Notes: a model not told the origin generated them from the letters alone. DNA of 64,000 nucleotides from the human T2T-CHM13v2.0 reference genome, Homo sapiens (GCA_009914755.4 CP086569.2:27072001-27136000); one strand, 5' to 3'. Numbered from the stretch's first letter, positions 1 to 14,860 are shown. Made by a program: numbers and translations.

Positions 1-757
1 AGCAATGGGGAAAAGACTTCCTATTCAGTAAATGGTGCTGGGATAACTGTCTAGCCATATGCAAAAGACTGAAGCTAGCCACCTTCCTTGCACCATATAC
101 AAAAATCAACTCAGGATGGATTAAAGACTTAAATGTAAACCCCAAACTATAAAAACCCTGGAGACAACCTAGGCAATACCATCCTGGACATAGAAATGGG
201 CAAAGATTTCATGACAAGGACACCAAACGCAATCGCAAAAAAAGCAAAAACTGACTAGTAGGATCTAATTGAACTTACGGGCTTCTGCACAGCAAAAGAA
301 ACTATCAACAGAGTACAGACAACCTACAGAATAGGAGAAAATATTTGCAAACTATGCATCTGACAAAGGTCTAATATCTAGCATCTATAAGAAACTTAAA
401 TTTACAAGAGAAAAACAAAACCCAATTAAAAATGGGCAAAGGACAGGAACAGAGACTTTTCAAAAGAAGACATACATGCAGTCAACAAGCATATGAAAAA
501 AAAGCTCAATATCGCTGATCATTAGAGAAATGCAAATCAAAACCACAATGAGATACCATCTCACACCAGTCAGAATGGCTATTAGTAAAAAGCAAAAAAA
601 AAAAAAAAACAAAAAAACAAAACAAAACAAAACAAAAACCAGATGCTGGCAAGGTTGCAGAAAAAAGGAAATGCTTATACACTATTGGTGGGAGTATTCA
701 CTGTGTAAAGCAGTGCTGGCAATTCCTCAAAGAGCTAAAAGCAGAACTCTCCTTTCC
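1..757 (+). mobile_element. LINE-1 fragment (older L1PA/L1PB-type), ORF2 C-terminal region, truncated at both ends in the window
   Basis: Sequence co-linear with the L1 ORF2 C-terminus. The 530-916 ORF translates '[25 protein letters not shown]', the conserved L1 ORF2 tail motif. An internal A-rich run lies at 596-650. Similarity ends at about 757. Confidence 0.8.
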
Positions 758-1362
758 AGGCTCTTTTCCTTCTTCTCTGACCATTTCCCTGCAGATCTCT
801 TCCATAGGTACCTCTCCCCTTCTGCCATCTCAAACAGTGGTGTGCCCTGGCTCTGTTCTAAACTGTGTACTCTTTTCATAGCAGTGGCCCTCCTTAGCAC
901 CCCACAATCATTCTGATAATTGGCCTTCCCTGGGGAACATGTTCCTTTTGCTTGCCCTTGCTTCAGAATCATTGAGACATTGAACCACAGTTACACAGTG
1001 AGTACCTCATATCCATCAGAATGCTGGGGAAGAAAAGAAGTTGGGAATCACTGTTCTAAAAGTTAATCTTGGGAAATGTATTTTTCATAGCTTAAAACTA
1101 TTATCAGCAACCTGATACCTTCCAACTCTTTATCTCTAGCCCTGGAACTTCCCTATACTTCATACCCATGTATCTAATTGCCTATAGGACATTTACTTTC
1201 TTATGTCTGATAGGTACCTTGAACTCAGCATGTCCAAAAGCAAAATCATTATCTTCATCCCCAAACATATTCTTCCTCCTGAATTCTCAATCCTATTAAT
1301 GGCATATTATCTATGCAGTCATCATAATAAAAAATGAATATCATGCATTGCATTGTTCTCTA

Positions 1363-1771
<409 letters not shown>

Positions 1772-2039
1772 TTAAAGATAAATTCACAGTGCTAGGGGAA
1801 ACCTAGTCTGGTCCAGGGAGGGGGTCAAAGGAAGGCTTCTTAGGGGAGGTGGTGCTTAACCTAAAACATGAATATGTTTTTAAAAAGTGGAGTAGGCAGA
1901 GGAAGAGGCAGTAAAGTAAGAGGAAGAGAATTCTAAAGAATGAAAATAACATGTATGAAAGCTCAAAGATGGGAGGAGGGGAGACTGATGAAATACTACC
2001 ATATGAGCTGCCTTTATTTATTTAAAAATTTACCAAATG

Positions 2040-2240
2040 TAGGCACTGTGCTAAACCCTTTATATACATTATTACTGCTGTTCCTTATATCAAGCCTATA
2101 AAACAAGGATAATAGTCTCATTTTTACAGATTAAAGAACTTTCAGAGCTCAGAGAGGTTAAATTACTTTTCCAAGACCACCCAGCTAATAAGAGACGCAA
2201 CAAGCTTTGAACCTAGGTCTTCTGGCTCCAAAGCCAATTC
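2040..2240 (-). mobile_element. MIR SINE (ancient tRNA-derived SINE)
   Basis: Core 'TTTTTACAGATTAAAGAACTTTCAGAGCTCAGAGAGGTTAAATTACTTTTCCAAGACCACCCAGCTAATAAG' matches the reverse complement of the MIR core (...ACAGATGAGGAAACTGAGGCTCAGAGAGGTTAAGTGACTTGCCCAAGGTCACACAGCTAGTAAG). Confidence 0.6.
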
Positions 2241-2797
2241 CATGCATCTTCCCAAATACCTTGGGACTGATCTTTATGCTTTTATCATCCACATCTAGTA
2301 AAACATCAAATTCTGCTGAGTTTTCATATTTCTTACCTTGTTCCATTCTCTCCATACCTACCATTAGAAACTCAGCACATTATCTTTCACCTGGACCCTA
2401 GGCTCTAATTGCTTTCTAGGTATAAAGGGGTATGTGTGTATGTATCACAATAAGTCAGATCGGCATGATCTCACTTTCACAACAAGAGATTCAACAAGTG
2501 TCTGTATATGTATCACGGAAGAAATATTCCTGCTCTTTTCTAAGGCTAGCCCTGGAATATCCTAGAGCCTAGTCAAGTGACTTCTTTTCTGCTTTAATTA
2601 TGCTTTTTGGTGATCTCACCCAGTCTTCTGACTCAAAATATCAGCACTAAAGCAATGACTTCTACATCTGTATTTCTCCAGCTTTAATGTCTCCCATAAA
2701 GTCCAAATTCCTAGTTGACAATTGTCTACTTGACATCTCAACTTGGATGTCTAATAGAAATATCCCTCGCCCTATTAAAATGTGAGTATTGCAGTAG

Positions 2798-2913
2798 GCA
2801 GAGGCAAGAGAATTGCTTGAATTTGGGAGGTAGATGTTGCAGTGAGCCAAGATCATGCCATTGCACTCCAGCCTGGCCAACAAGAGTGAAACTCCATCTC
2901 AAAAAAAAAAAAA
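2798..2913 (+). mobile_element. Alu fragment (right monomer plus A-tail)
   Basis: 'GGCAGAGGCAAGAGAATTGCTTGAATTTGGGAGGTAGATGTTGCAGTGAGCCAAGATCATGCCATTGCACTCCAGCCTGG...(A)13'. Confidence 0.75.
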
Positions 2914-3600
<687 letters not shown>

Positions 3601-3830
3601 CTGCTAATATATAAAGTATACATTATATATTATATTGATATAATTGTTATATTTATATTAATAAAGTATATTATAAATTATTGTAGAAATTTGGATATAA
3701 TTTATATTGTATTATAAATTAATAAATATAAATTATATTATAAATTAATAAATAGTATAATATTATATTATATATTATAATATATTAGTATAAATATATT
3801 ATATAATATATATACTTGCCTGAATAAAAC
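3601..3830. repeat. AT-rich low-complexity / minisatellite-like repeat, (TATAA/TTATA)n with a ~20-30 bp higher-order unit
   Basis: '...TATAAATTATTGTAG...TATTATAAATTAATAAATATAAATTATATTATAAATTAATAAATAGTATAATATTATATTATATATTATAATATATTAG...'. The unit 'ATTATAAATTAATAAATA' recurs at least 3 times. Confidence 0.8.
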
Positions 3831-3929
3831 TTGTATTGGATAACTCCAATATCTACAATACATATCAAAAATAAATAAATAAATAAAATGTGAGTATTAT
3901 GAAGTCAGGAATTTTGTCTACCTTGTATA

Positions 3930-4000
3930 TTTTTGCATCCCTAATGCATAGTGCCTGACACATAGTGGCTCATCAATAAATATATGTTGACTGAATAAAC
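3930..4000 (+). mobile_element. MIR 3' tail fragment
   Basis: 'ATAGTGCCTGACACATAGTGGCTCATCAATAAATATATGTTGACTGAATAAA' resembles the MIR 3' end 'ACAGTGCCTGGCACATAGTAAGCGCTCAATAAATGTT'. Confidence 0.45.
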
Positions 4001-5564
4001 ACATGCTGCATGAGAGCAAAAGACATCCCAAATGGGACTCGATTGTCCTAGAGGGTCTTTGAGAATTTGGTACTCTAGGTTAAATGTGTATTTCGGGAGG
4101 ACAGAAAGGAGTAGTGGTTGGCTCTAAGCTCCTTTAGTGTGCTACAGTTAATCCTACTCTTTAATGATTGACCTACCTGGGATGTTAGCAATCCCTAAAC
4201 ATTATACCTCTAGGAACACTATCCATCAGACTTGCCTGTTAAGAATCACTTTGGAAGACCTTTACAATATAGATTTTCAGGACTTCCACCTGCTACCACC
4301 ATGTCACCTCCGTATCCAGAATCTCAAGGGGAGAGGTCTAAAAATCTACATTGTAAACAAATAACCCCAGTGATTGCTATTGACAAGTTTGAAGGAGACT
4401 ACTATAGAAGCTTTACCCATTAGGTTATTATAGTTGAAAATGGCTCAGCTTGCTCGATATCAGTATCTACACACGCCCTTAGCTCTAAGTCAAGAACTCC
4501 AGAAATGATACATAAACTGCCCAAATAATATTTCGTTAGTTTTAGTCCAAAGTACTAGAGGTCACCAGTGATCTAAGAGAAGCCTTCTCATACAACATGT
4601 CATATATGGAGTTTTCTAAATGTATATATTCTATGAAGGCACATCTGTGTGAACATTTATTCTCAAGAAAGGATCTGATTTTGTTTATTTGGCACAAAAT
4701 TAATTATGCCATCCCATGCTCAATTCCCACACCTTATATGAGTCTTTACTGTGACATATTAATGTCAGTTTTCATCACTTTTTTCCTTAAAATTGTTGAA
4801 GAATCAGGATTTCAGCTTCTCTTCCCCCAAATCCATCCCTCCTAACTATCATTTCAAGCAAGCACAGGGTCATCACTTTGAAGATTTCTGTCATCCCCTC
4901 CACAAATCCCCAAAATGTTTTTCCTCCACATATTCAGTAGACTAAGCGCTGACAAGGCAAAAAGACTAGTAAATTCCATAATCTACTCCTAATTAAGGAA
5001 TTCAAATGACAACAAACAATTAAAGTGAATGACAGCAACTAACAGTCTTCTGACAGGCACTGTTACAAGAACCTGTGAGCCTTAAAGGCAAACTTACTTA
5101 TGGTCATAGTCTACAAAAGCTGAATTTCAAGTATTAAGTGATTACATATTCCCAATTATAATCTTAGCTAACCTCAAAGACTGGTCCTTGGGAAGTAAAA
5201 AGGAATAGGATCAGATGAGAAAAACAGATAGGGACATGCTAGGAGAACCATTTCAGGCTTTCTCCTCAAAAGGTAATGAACTAAAACATAACAGAGAGAC
5301 TATATTTAAAATGACATGGAAGCAACTCCCCCTCTCTCCTTCACTTTCTCATTCAGGAAGTTTTACAGTTTGCTTCATTAATGCTGCCCCAAACAACATT
5401 TATCCCTCTAAACACATGATGTTCCCCAACAAACTGTTGCTGATAACAAAGAATCAGGGGAATTGGCACAATGCTGAGTTATCAGAGAAGTGCTTGGATG
5501 AGAGAAAATGACATTTGGAGTTATGTTGACATTAGCAAATACCTTCTGTATCAGTAACCTAGAG

Positions 5565-5790
5565 CAGAGGCCAGCAAACTGCAGCGTGGCCTGCAGACCA
5601 AATCCAGTCCACCGGCCTGCTTTTGTAAATAAAGTTTTATTGGAACATAGTCACTCCCATTTAGTTACATATTGTCTATGGCTGCTTTCCCATTACAACA
5701 GTGGAGTTCAGTCATTGCAACAGATTACGTGGCCAGCAAAGTGGAAAATATTTACTATCAGGCCCTTTTCATAAAAAGTTTGCTGACCTA
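5565..5790. mobile_element. MER20-like non-autonomous hAT-Charlie DNA transposon (MITE), copy 1
   Basis: 'CAGAGGCCAGCAAACT...GGCCTGCAGACCAAATCCAGTCCACCGGCCTGCTTTTGTAAATAAAGTTTTATTGGAACATAGTCACTCCCATTTAGTTACATATTGTCTATGGCTGCTTTC...TTACTATCAGGCCCTTTTCATAAAAAGTTTGCTGACC'. The TIR-like ends are 'CAGnGGnCAGCAAACT'/'AGTTTGCTGACC'. The family name is from memory (MER20 or a close relative). Confidence 0.55.
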
Positions 5791-8700
5791 CAGCATCACA
5801 TGCCAAAAATGAAGTGAGGCTGCTACCACTGTCCCACCCCCAACATGTTCTGCTGGAGAACAGGTGTAAACATCTGCTTCCCCTATCAGCCTCAGAAAGG
5901 CAGAGTGTTGACTCTTCACAACAGCCAGCAAGTAGTAGCTATACCAGACATTTGGAGAAATGAGAAATACAGCATTCAGTCACCATAAACAGCCCCATGT
6001 TTCACCCATTTGGCATATCACTTTTGAAAGTCCTCCAACTCCTAAAATGCCATCTTAAAGTATACAATGTTTTATTTGGTGATATAATACTCAAACATGT
6101 TGTTTGCCTCTTAAAATGCTTCTGTTTCCTGAAAAAAATTTTCAGAAACATAGCAAGAGCTATAAGCTCCAAGACCATAAGTACTTGTATTATGTATTAT
6201 GCTAGGTATTAATTTGCCAATGGATTTTTAAAACTTCCCTGCTTTCCTCTTGGTAGCCAATAATACTGACATAGTTTAAGGTGTAAGAGTGCAGGTTGTA
6301 ATAAAACATTGTTAAAAATTTAAACTATAAAAAAGTTAAGAGTTTCTTAAAAGTACATATTCTATGAAGACACAACTGTGTGAACATTTATGTACCTTAA
6401 AGGATCATACTAGGTTACAAAACTATGGTTTCTCTATGAAGAGATTTATGTCACTAAATGGCTGCTATCTGCTTTACTGAAGACTGAGACAGTATGGAGA
6501 AAAATTAAAATTGGGAGGTAGTGGCCATTCATCTTTACATTTTTACAAGCTTTATACAGGAAGCTTTACAGCTTGTGATAGGTAGTCCAACTATCCTACC
6601 TTTGAGATTCTACCAAAATAACACTTCTAAAGGTAACGTCTATTAGTACCTTAAGCTCAACATTCCTGCTGGGGCAAACCTATAAACATTCCATTTGCTG
6701 AAAAAGGACTTCAAATCCCACATCAAGCTTTCTACCTCAATCTTGGGGCTAGAACTCTAACATTAGCTAAGCCTAAGCCATAGGTTAAGGCTCTCCAGCC
6801 ATGCTATCAACAGGATAAATGAATACTTCTATAACCGAGGTAACTCTTAGACTCCAACTGAAAGAGAAACAATTATTCCTGGGGCTCTCTATGATCAAAG
6901 CCATCATAGGACTACTTTGATAAAAGAGTTGAACCTAAGTGCTTTGAAGACAACCTTATAAAACTGTCATCATAGTAATGATGGTGTCCCAGGAATGCTC
7001 AAGTTGACAATGATCCTTTTCTAAAGAATGTCATTAGTTGGTTTTGAATATGTTTTTTAAAAAGAAAAACTTTGGAAAAATACCAGTAGGAAATTCACTA
7101 GAATGTTAATAATTTCTTCTGAAAAGTATGGTTATGGATGGTTATGGACAATTTTTCTTAGCTTTCATAGCTGAAACAATCCCTTTTCATAACAAATATT
7201 TTCAACACCTCCTTACTATCCTGAAATAAAAATCACTGATATAAAACTTACATAAAATCATTTAAAAAAATAACATAATATGAAGAAGAAATAAGAGCAA
7301 AGCACTTTATAATAAAATATGTATTTTAATGTGTTAATGCTTGGGCCAGTAAACTAGAAGGCATAAAGAAGCAGTCAGAGATTTGGATGCATCATATAAT
7401 TATCATGGAGGCGGAGGTTAAATGCAGATCTATAGAACGTGTGGCATGATGTACTCATTATGTAAGTGGCATTGCTGTCAGGGATAAATAAAACTAAGAG
7501 CAGTTTCTCCTCATTTACATGGTGGTTGAATTTTTAGAACTGTCTTCCTCCCCACTGCCCCTCAAAAATGAGCTTAAACATAAAATCAAGTTTGTTTTTA
7601 GACTCAGATAACTGATAGGTTTTCATCTATGACTGTCAAGGGAGACAGTCAAAAGTCAAGCAAGCTTCAGGATACTTGTTTGATATGGGGCATTTTAGGA
7701 TATCTAGCATCTCTCACCCTTTCCATTTAATGCATGCAGAACATCCCCCATCGCTGTATTCCCTGAAAGTAGCCCTATGAATTTTTACAACTTCCTCTAG
7801 CAATTCTCCTGCTGCTTTTGAGAGCTACTGCTTTATATTTTTCTATACTTCATGAATTTTCTTTAATGAAATTTACTATCTTTTATAAACTTTTTTTTAA
7901 AAAAAGCTCTGGCAGAGTTTTAAGCTCATCTGTGTTCCTATAATAAAAAGACATAAGGTCACAAGTCACTAACACAAACTAATATCTTGAAAGCAATTGG
8001 AGGCAGAAGAAATCAAAAAAAGAAAAGGTCAAGAAGTTAAGTATACTATCCTTAGTAGCTGGATAAACCTTTCACATCTTTGGATGAGATGCATGAGAGA
8101 AGTCCAAACAGATACCTCAAAGAACAATTTATTCTATCTTAAAAAAGATTTATGATTAAAGCAGAATTCACTGATGTAAAGGGACACTAGTTCCAAAAAA
8201 TTACAAGGTCTCAAAGGAATACATGTGAGCTTTGATTACGGAGATTTCCTGGGCAACAGCACGACCTAAAATTAATAGAGTCCATAAAAGGAAGATGCCA
8301 AAAGAAACTTTGTGCTTAAGATGGTTTATACAGCTTGGGCTACAGCAAGACACAACCCATATATAGAAAATCACAGCATCTGCAGTATTTTAAGAAACTA
8401 TAGTTGCAAAGCAAGAGCAAATGTACAGTGAGAGGAAAGATCCTTCAAGGCCAGTGTGGAGTCAACCACTAGAGAAGATTCTTCAGTGCATGCTGGATAA
8501 CAGGCAGCTTCTCACATACTGAGTTGGTTGGCTGCCATTTCTCAATCTCTATCTTTTTCCCTGGGACTGCGCATTGTCATCAATTGCAGAAATCCAGGAC
8601 AGCTTGCTTTTCTACATGTGGAATGCCTGCCAATTCCCAGAAGCTGGCTACCGCAAGACGGTTTATTAACAGCAAAGGCTGTTAACAGCCATTGCTTATC

Positions 8701-9829
8701 AAGTTTACCCTTACTTTTATATCCTTATGAACATTATCATGTTATCAAATTTCTCAGACTTTTCAAAACCCTTTCATTCTGGGGACGAGCTATCTTTTCC
8801 TTTTTTTAAAAAAAAATCTGCCTAAAGATTAAACAGGTTAAGAGGAGAAAAATCTATATTTTATTATCTCTCTAAGTCTGTTAAAAGCAACAGAGGCTTG
8901 CTTAAAAAATAGATTTTGGTTGTTATGTAATATACTGCAAAAAATATTACTTTACTACATAAATAACTATTAGATAGCTCATGTACCATGTCTTTAAACT
9001 TAGTCAAACTGTTGTTCTAACTCCACAGTGCAATCTTGTCTGGGAAATACCTTACCATATTAAGCAATCGAGCCCCAGAGAGAGAGGAAAACGAATCAGA
9101 CTTAGGATTTTACCTAAAAGGAGAATGGCAAAAATACTGACTGGTGGTGGAGAGTGGACAGAAATTTGCTGGATACCCTCCAGCAGATAAAGTGGTTTCA
9201 CAAGATTAAGTAACAATATTAAAAAATTCTGCTCGAGCGAAAGGATCCAGCAAATAGCCAGAAGCAATGCTGTGAAAAATTGGAGAAAAAGGGCTGCTAT
9301 TTACTCAAAGGAAGAAGGTGGGAAAAAATAGTAAAGATCTCTGAAACTAGGACTGTTGGAAGCACTGGCAAAGAAGCATAAATGGAATGGGTTATTTAGG
9401 CATAAAAATGAAAGCCTGCTTGCTTGACAGAGAAGTTGCAGGGACTTGACTTGATCAGATGCTCAACAGGTTCCAAACACAATTTGAAACATTTAGTTCT
9501 TGTTCCTTTCCTTTCTACTCATTTCTTTCCCCCTACTTCAGCAATCTCCTTTAAAACTTATTCCTCAAAATTCTTCAGTTATGTGTCAGAACACATGTTG
9601 GAGTTATAGAGGATGTGGGGCTACTTCTGTGACTCTCCAAATAATCCATTCTTTAAGGATAAATTAATAACTTCAAAATCACATGATCCTAAGGCCAATA
9701 AAAGTATTCCGAAAGCCTTACTCTCATCCAGATGTAGGAACTTATAAATTTGGAAAATAATTTAAATGGATTGTAATCATCTCTGTTTAAATGTATTAGC
9801 TCATTTTCATTTCACAATTCTAAGAGGTA

Positions 9830-9975
9830 GACTATTATTATCCCTACTTTACAGATGAGGAAACTGAGGCATAGAAAGGTTAAATAACCTATCCAAAGTA
9901 GTTAAATGGTTAAGCTGGGGTTAAATGCAGGGAGTCTACCTCCTGGGTGTGTCCTCTTAACTATTATGCTGTATT
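9830..9975 (-). mobile_element. MIR SINE
   Basis: 'CCCTACTTTACAGATGAGGAAACTGAGGCATAGAAAGGTTAAATAACCTATCCAAAGTAGTTAAATGGTTAAGCTGGGGTTAAATGCAGG' is the MIR core in reverse orientation. Confidence 0.6.
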
Positions 9976-10280
9976 ATTTGTCATAACATTATGTGATATA
10001 AGAGATATAACAGATATAAAGATACAAATTTGGAAGGTAGTGCAACAGCTGTGCACTAGGACTACAACTATGTGACACTAGCAAGGTACTTAATCTCCTG
10101 GGCCTCAGCTGTTAACTTTAAAATGACAGTGTTAACTAGGTGGCCTTTAAAGTATTTTTTAGCTTTAAATTTAGTCTATAACTGTCATTCTAGCCACCCC
10201 AGAGAAATCAAATTTTAATATACAGTAACACATTTTAGGTGTTGTTTTATTTCTAATAAAAGTTTTTCCAAGAGTCTTCT

Positions 10281-10567
10281 TTTTTTTGGGGGGATAGGGT
10301 CTTGCTCTGTTGCCCAGGCTGATGTGCAGTGGTGCGATCTTGGCTCACTGCAACCTCCGCCTCCCGGGTTCAAGTGATTCTCATGCCTCAGCCTCCTGAG
10401 TAGCTGGGATTACAGGTGGGTGCCATCACACCCAGCTAATTTTGTATTTTTAGTAGAGATGGGGTTTCACTGTTGACCAGGCTGGTCTCGACCTCCTGAC
10501 TTCAAGGTCCATCTGCCTCGGCCTCCTAAAGTGCTAGGATTACAGGTGTGAGCCACCATGGCTGGCC
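10281..10567 (-). mobile_element. Alu SINE, minus strand, with TSD
   Basis: Poly(T) then 'GGGGATAGGGTCTTGCTCTGTTGCCCAGGCTGATGTGCAGTGGTGCGATCTTGGCTCACTGCAACCTCCGCCTCCCGGGTTCAAG...GGATTACAGGTGTGAGCCACCATGGCTGGCC'. Flanking direct repeat 'CCAAGAGTCTTC' at about 10268-10280 and 10568-10580. Confidence 0.9.
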
Positions 10568-13500
10568 CCAAGAGTCTTCTTAACTGAAATTGAAGTGACA
10601 GTTATTCAAAGATGTAATAGAGCTGAAGAAAATTTGGCAAAGGAGACCAAGAGGTAAGTTAACAGATCATTTGCAGACATAGTAATTAATAGAATCCCTC
10701 TGATGTAGTAAGAAGAGTCTTATGACATCCCTGGACTCCAAAGGCCTCTAGACAAGTTTGCAGAAAGGAAGAAATTTCTAGTTCAAAAGACACCAGAAGA
10801 TGCCCTGTAATGTCCAGCTCTCCTATACCATTGCACGGCCCATTTATAAACAGACTGAGCAGATTTCATGGGAAATAGCCCTTGAAAAAAAAAAAAAGGT
10901 AAAATAAGAACAATGATAAAACTGCCTATTGTTTCATGTGTTTTGTTTGATTTCGTTTTGGAAAAAGGGGGAAACTGCATCCATATTCTCAGGGTCAGGT
11001 ACCAGGATTGCTCAGTTTCCTTTCTGATTCTTCCCCTTCTCCTCACTTTGAATTTCGGAGTGCTCCAGGGCTCTTTCGGCCTCTTCTCTGTCTACATTCA
11101 TTCTCTTCGTGGTCACATTCAATCTCATGGTTTTAAAATACAATCTTTAGGTTTACTGATATCCAATTTGTAGTTCCATCCTGGCCCTTAAACCTGAATT
11201 GCAGATTCCTATATCTAACTGTCCTCTTGACATTTCCATGTGGAAATATGTCAATTAGACCTATTAGATTTAACAATTCTAAAACCAAAACCAAATGTCT
11301 ACTTTTCCCCCACCAAATGTATTATGTATTCTTCTTGTAGTATTCTCCATCTCAATTAATAAAATTCCATGCTTTTAGTTGCCTTAGCTAAAACGTCTTA
11401 GTGTCAACCTTGACCTTCTGTTTTCTCACCTGATATCCAAGAAAACAGCAAATCTCATTGGTTCTAACTTCAATATATATCCTGAATATGACAACTTCTC
11501 AGCATCTTTACTGCTTGCTATTATCCTGGTACAAACCACCGTCAGTTTTCTCCTGGATTACTGTATTATAATGGCCTCCTAACTGATGTCCCTGCTTCCA
11601 CTAACGTCCTCCCAGAGTACATTCTCCAAAATAGCAGGCAGTAATCCTTTAAAACATAAGTATAATCATGTCACTCTTCTGCTCAAAACTACAAAAGCCA
11701 AAGTTCTTATAACTTATCAGTCTATGCCATTTGGCCTTCTTGCACATTCCACTCTAGCCACACTGGTTTTTTTTTAATCTGTTCTCAAGCATGCCAGATA
11801 CCTATCTTAGGGTCTTTGCAATTGCAATTCCCTCTGCCCATAACACTCTACCCTACATGTCCACATAGTTTCCCACCTTGCTTCCTTTAAGACTAGGCTT
11901 AAATCATATTTTCTCAGTAAGGCCAATCCTGACCACCCTACTTATAATGTCAACCTCCTTCCATGTTGGCACTTCTGATTCCTCCTTAGCCTACTCTATA
12001 TGGTTTTTCCATAGCACGTATCACCTTTTAACATAGTATTTACTTTACATATTTATGTTGTCTGTCTCCCCCACTAGAATGTAAATTCCATAAGAGCAGG
12101 GCTGTTTGTTCATTGTTGCATCCCCAGAATCTAGAAAAGTGCTTGATCATAATCGGCGCTTAAAAGCACTTGTTGAATTAAGATGCTTACAAAAGTGAAG
12201 GCAGGACAAAATGGAAAATGCATTTAGTGGCTTTTGGTATATTTCTATTTATTTCTATGGCATTAATTTTCTGTTAAAGTTCAAAACTCAGCTCTGCTAG
12301 CAAATTCCAATTGTGTTCTTTCATTTAGTTTGAAAACTTTGCATTTAATAGCTTGACTCTTTTAGAAGACTTTTACCAACAGATCTCTCCACGAGCATAC
12401 CCCCAGTTATCTAAGGCAGGTACCTTGATATCTATAATTTAGTAACTCTTTAACACTATCTCCTTTACCAATGAGTTCTGAGGGATGATTAGTAATCCAG
12501 ACCTACTGATTGCATTCTGGATGGGGACAGCTATATTGCTAACTTTGAGGGTAAGGTTTCAGTAATTTTGTTCAGATTGAGTGCCACCTGATTTATCTAA
12601 AAGCAACAGAGATTCTAGGGGAAAAGAAAAGTATGAAAAGTCTTACTTCCTGACATACATAACTACCCACCTATGTCAAGGATAGCAGAAGAATGCTGAT
12701 GCTCTACCCACTGAATCCTGATACTCTGAGTAGGCTTTTAAGTTGTCCTTCAAGAAGACGTTCCTTCACTCAAGGAGGTGAGATGCTACTAGCAAGTCAA
12801 TTCGAACATGTAGCCTGCTGAGTAAAAAAACCAAATGGATGAATAGGGAATAGAAAAGGATGTAAGTCCTAATTTCAGTTTTGCTTCACTACAGTCAAAC
12901 AAAGAGGTTCCCTGAAAAAAGGTACAGGTTGCTCACCTAGCAGAGATGTCATGCCCAAATAATTCTTAATTTCTCTGAGCCTCAGTCTTCTTAACCATAA
13001 AATTGGTTCCTAATCCAAGATATCTCTAGATCCTCTTCCAATCCTATGATACCAAAAGTTGGGAGGCAAGTACCTTTACTACATTGAACCGGGTCCTTCA
13101 ACAATTCCTTAAAAACAAAAGCAATTTGTCTTCTGCTCAGCTTCTTTAGTGCACCATTCTGCCTGTTCACCAACATCTTTTCTGTTGACCACTTGTGCCC
13201 TCTAGTGATAAATTCAATTATACAACAGGATTGGCTTGGAAAACAGCTCCAGAGCAAACAGGGAAAACCGTAAGAAAGCAACAGATAAAACTCAATGTAA
13301 AGAAAATGGAATCCAGGTCAAAGATGCAGGTAAAAAAAGATGGAAATAATCCAAAAGGTCATTATCTTCTGTGGCATACCTATGCTTGTTCCCTCCAGGG
13401 CAAACATTCTATGTGATTACTACTATAGTAAAGAAAACAGCAAACACACTGCTGAATATAAAAGCATTTTCAGATATAATTAGAATAACCCTATTCCTCA

Positions 13501-13805
13501 AATTAAGATGCAGATTATTTTTCATTTAGAAAGACAAGGGATCTATTAAGATTCTCAGAGACTGTCATATACCTAATGTGGATAAACAAAACAGAATTGT
13601 TTTTAAACACATCTGTCAAGGAGATGCTAAGATGTCAATTTTATATATTAATTGCTAGTTTCACTGGTTCATGGATTTACCAGTGGAGATGGGTTCAGAC
13701 TAAAACTATGCACTGTGTTGGGCTTAAGTAGGGTCCCCAGCCTTCTAAGCATGTTCCTTGCTGTTCCCAGCATAGCAATGCATGACTAGTCTATCACATA
13801 CTCTC

Positions 13806-14860
13806 TTTTTAAAAATTTTAAATTGTTGCATTACAATAGTACATATTTATGTGGTACAAAGTGATATTTCAATACATATATGCAATATGTAACGATCAAA
13901 TCAAGGTAATCAGCATATCTAGCATCAAAAATAATTTATGTTAGGAACATTCAAAATCCTCTCTTCTAGCTATTTGAAAATATACAATAAATTATCATTA
14001 ACTATATTCACCCTTTAGTGCTATAGAACACCAGAACTTATTCCCCCTACCTGTAATTTTATATCTGTTAACCAACCTCTGACTGTCTCCCTTTTCCAGA
14101 CTCCAGTAACCACAATCCTACTCTCTACTTCTATGAGCTCAACTTTTTAAGATCCTACATATGAGAGAGATCATGAGGTATTTATTTTTCTGTGACTGAC
14201 TTACTTCACCTAACATAATGGCTTCCAGGATCATTCATGTTGCTGTGAATGACATAATTTCATTTTTCTTTATGGCTAAATAGTATTCCACTATGTACAT
14301 ATACCACATGTAATTAATCTGTTCATCTGTTAATGGACATTTAAGTTGATTCCATATCCTGGCTATTGTGAATAGTGCTGCAATAAACATAGGGGTGCAG
14401 ATATCTCTTTGAAAGACAGACAGACAGTGAGAGTGAGAGAGAGAGAGAGAGAGAGAGCAAGAGCCAGAGAGCGAGAGCACCAAATCCTAACCACTAGACC
14501 ACCAGAGAGCGTCATCTCTTTGATACACTGTTTTTCTTTCCTCTGGATAAATACCCAGTAGTGGGACTGCTGAATCATATGGTAGTTCAATTTTTAGTTT
14601 TTGAGGAACCTCCATACTGTTTTCCATAATGGCTACATTAATTTATATTCCCACCAATAGCGTATTAAGAGTTTCTTTTTCTCTATATCCTCACTAGGTT
14701 TTGTTATTTTTTGTCTTTTTGATAACAGCCATTCTAACAGGTCAGATGATCTATTTCATTGTGGTTTTGATTTGCATTTCCCTGACCAAATATTCTATTG
14801 ATAGCAAACATTATGGCCACTCCTGGCCATAAATCTTACCTGTATATAAATGTTGGTTAC
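13806..14860 (-). mobile_element. Old LINE-1 (L1M/L1PB-type) 3' end, minus strand, carrying a microsatellite
   Basis: The plus strand reads the reverse complement of the L1 ORF2 C-terminus/3'UTR: '...TTCCATATCCTGGCTATTGTGAATAGTGCTGCAATAAACATAGGGGTGCAG...ATACCCAGTAGTGGGACTGCTGAATCATATGGTAGTTCAATTTTTAGTTTTTGAGGAACCTCCATACTGTTTTCCATAATGGCTACATTAATTTATATTCCCACCAATAG'. The L1 3' terminus (as poly-T/'TTTTTAAAAATTTTAAATTG') lies near 13806. Confidence 0.7.
14415..14480. repeat. Compound microsatellite (GACA)n(GA)n inside the L1 3' end
   Basis: 'GACAGACAGACAGTGAGAGTGAGAGAGAGAGAGAGAGAGAGCAAGAGCCAGAGAGCGAGAGCAC'. Confidence 0.85.

Noticed and set aside
590-650. A-rich tract (A)22(CAAAA)n as a possible poly(A) tail marking a retrocopy end
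   Set aside because: It lies inside continuous L1 ORF2-tail homology (L1 similarity continues for about 100 bp after it, to ~757). It is therefore an expansion of the internal A-rich run that L1 ORF2 carries at this position, not an insertion boundary.
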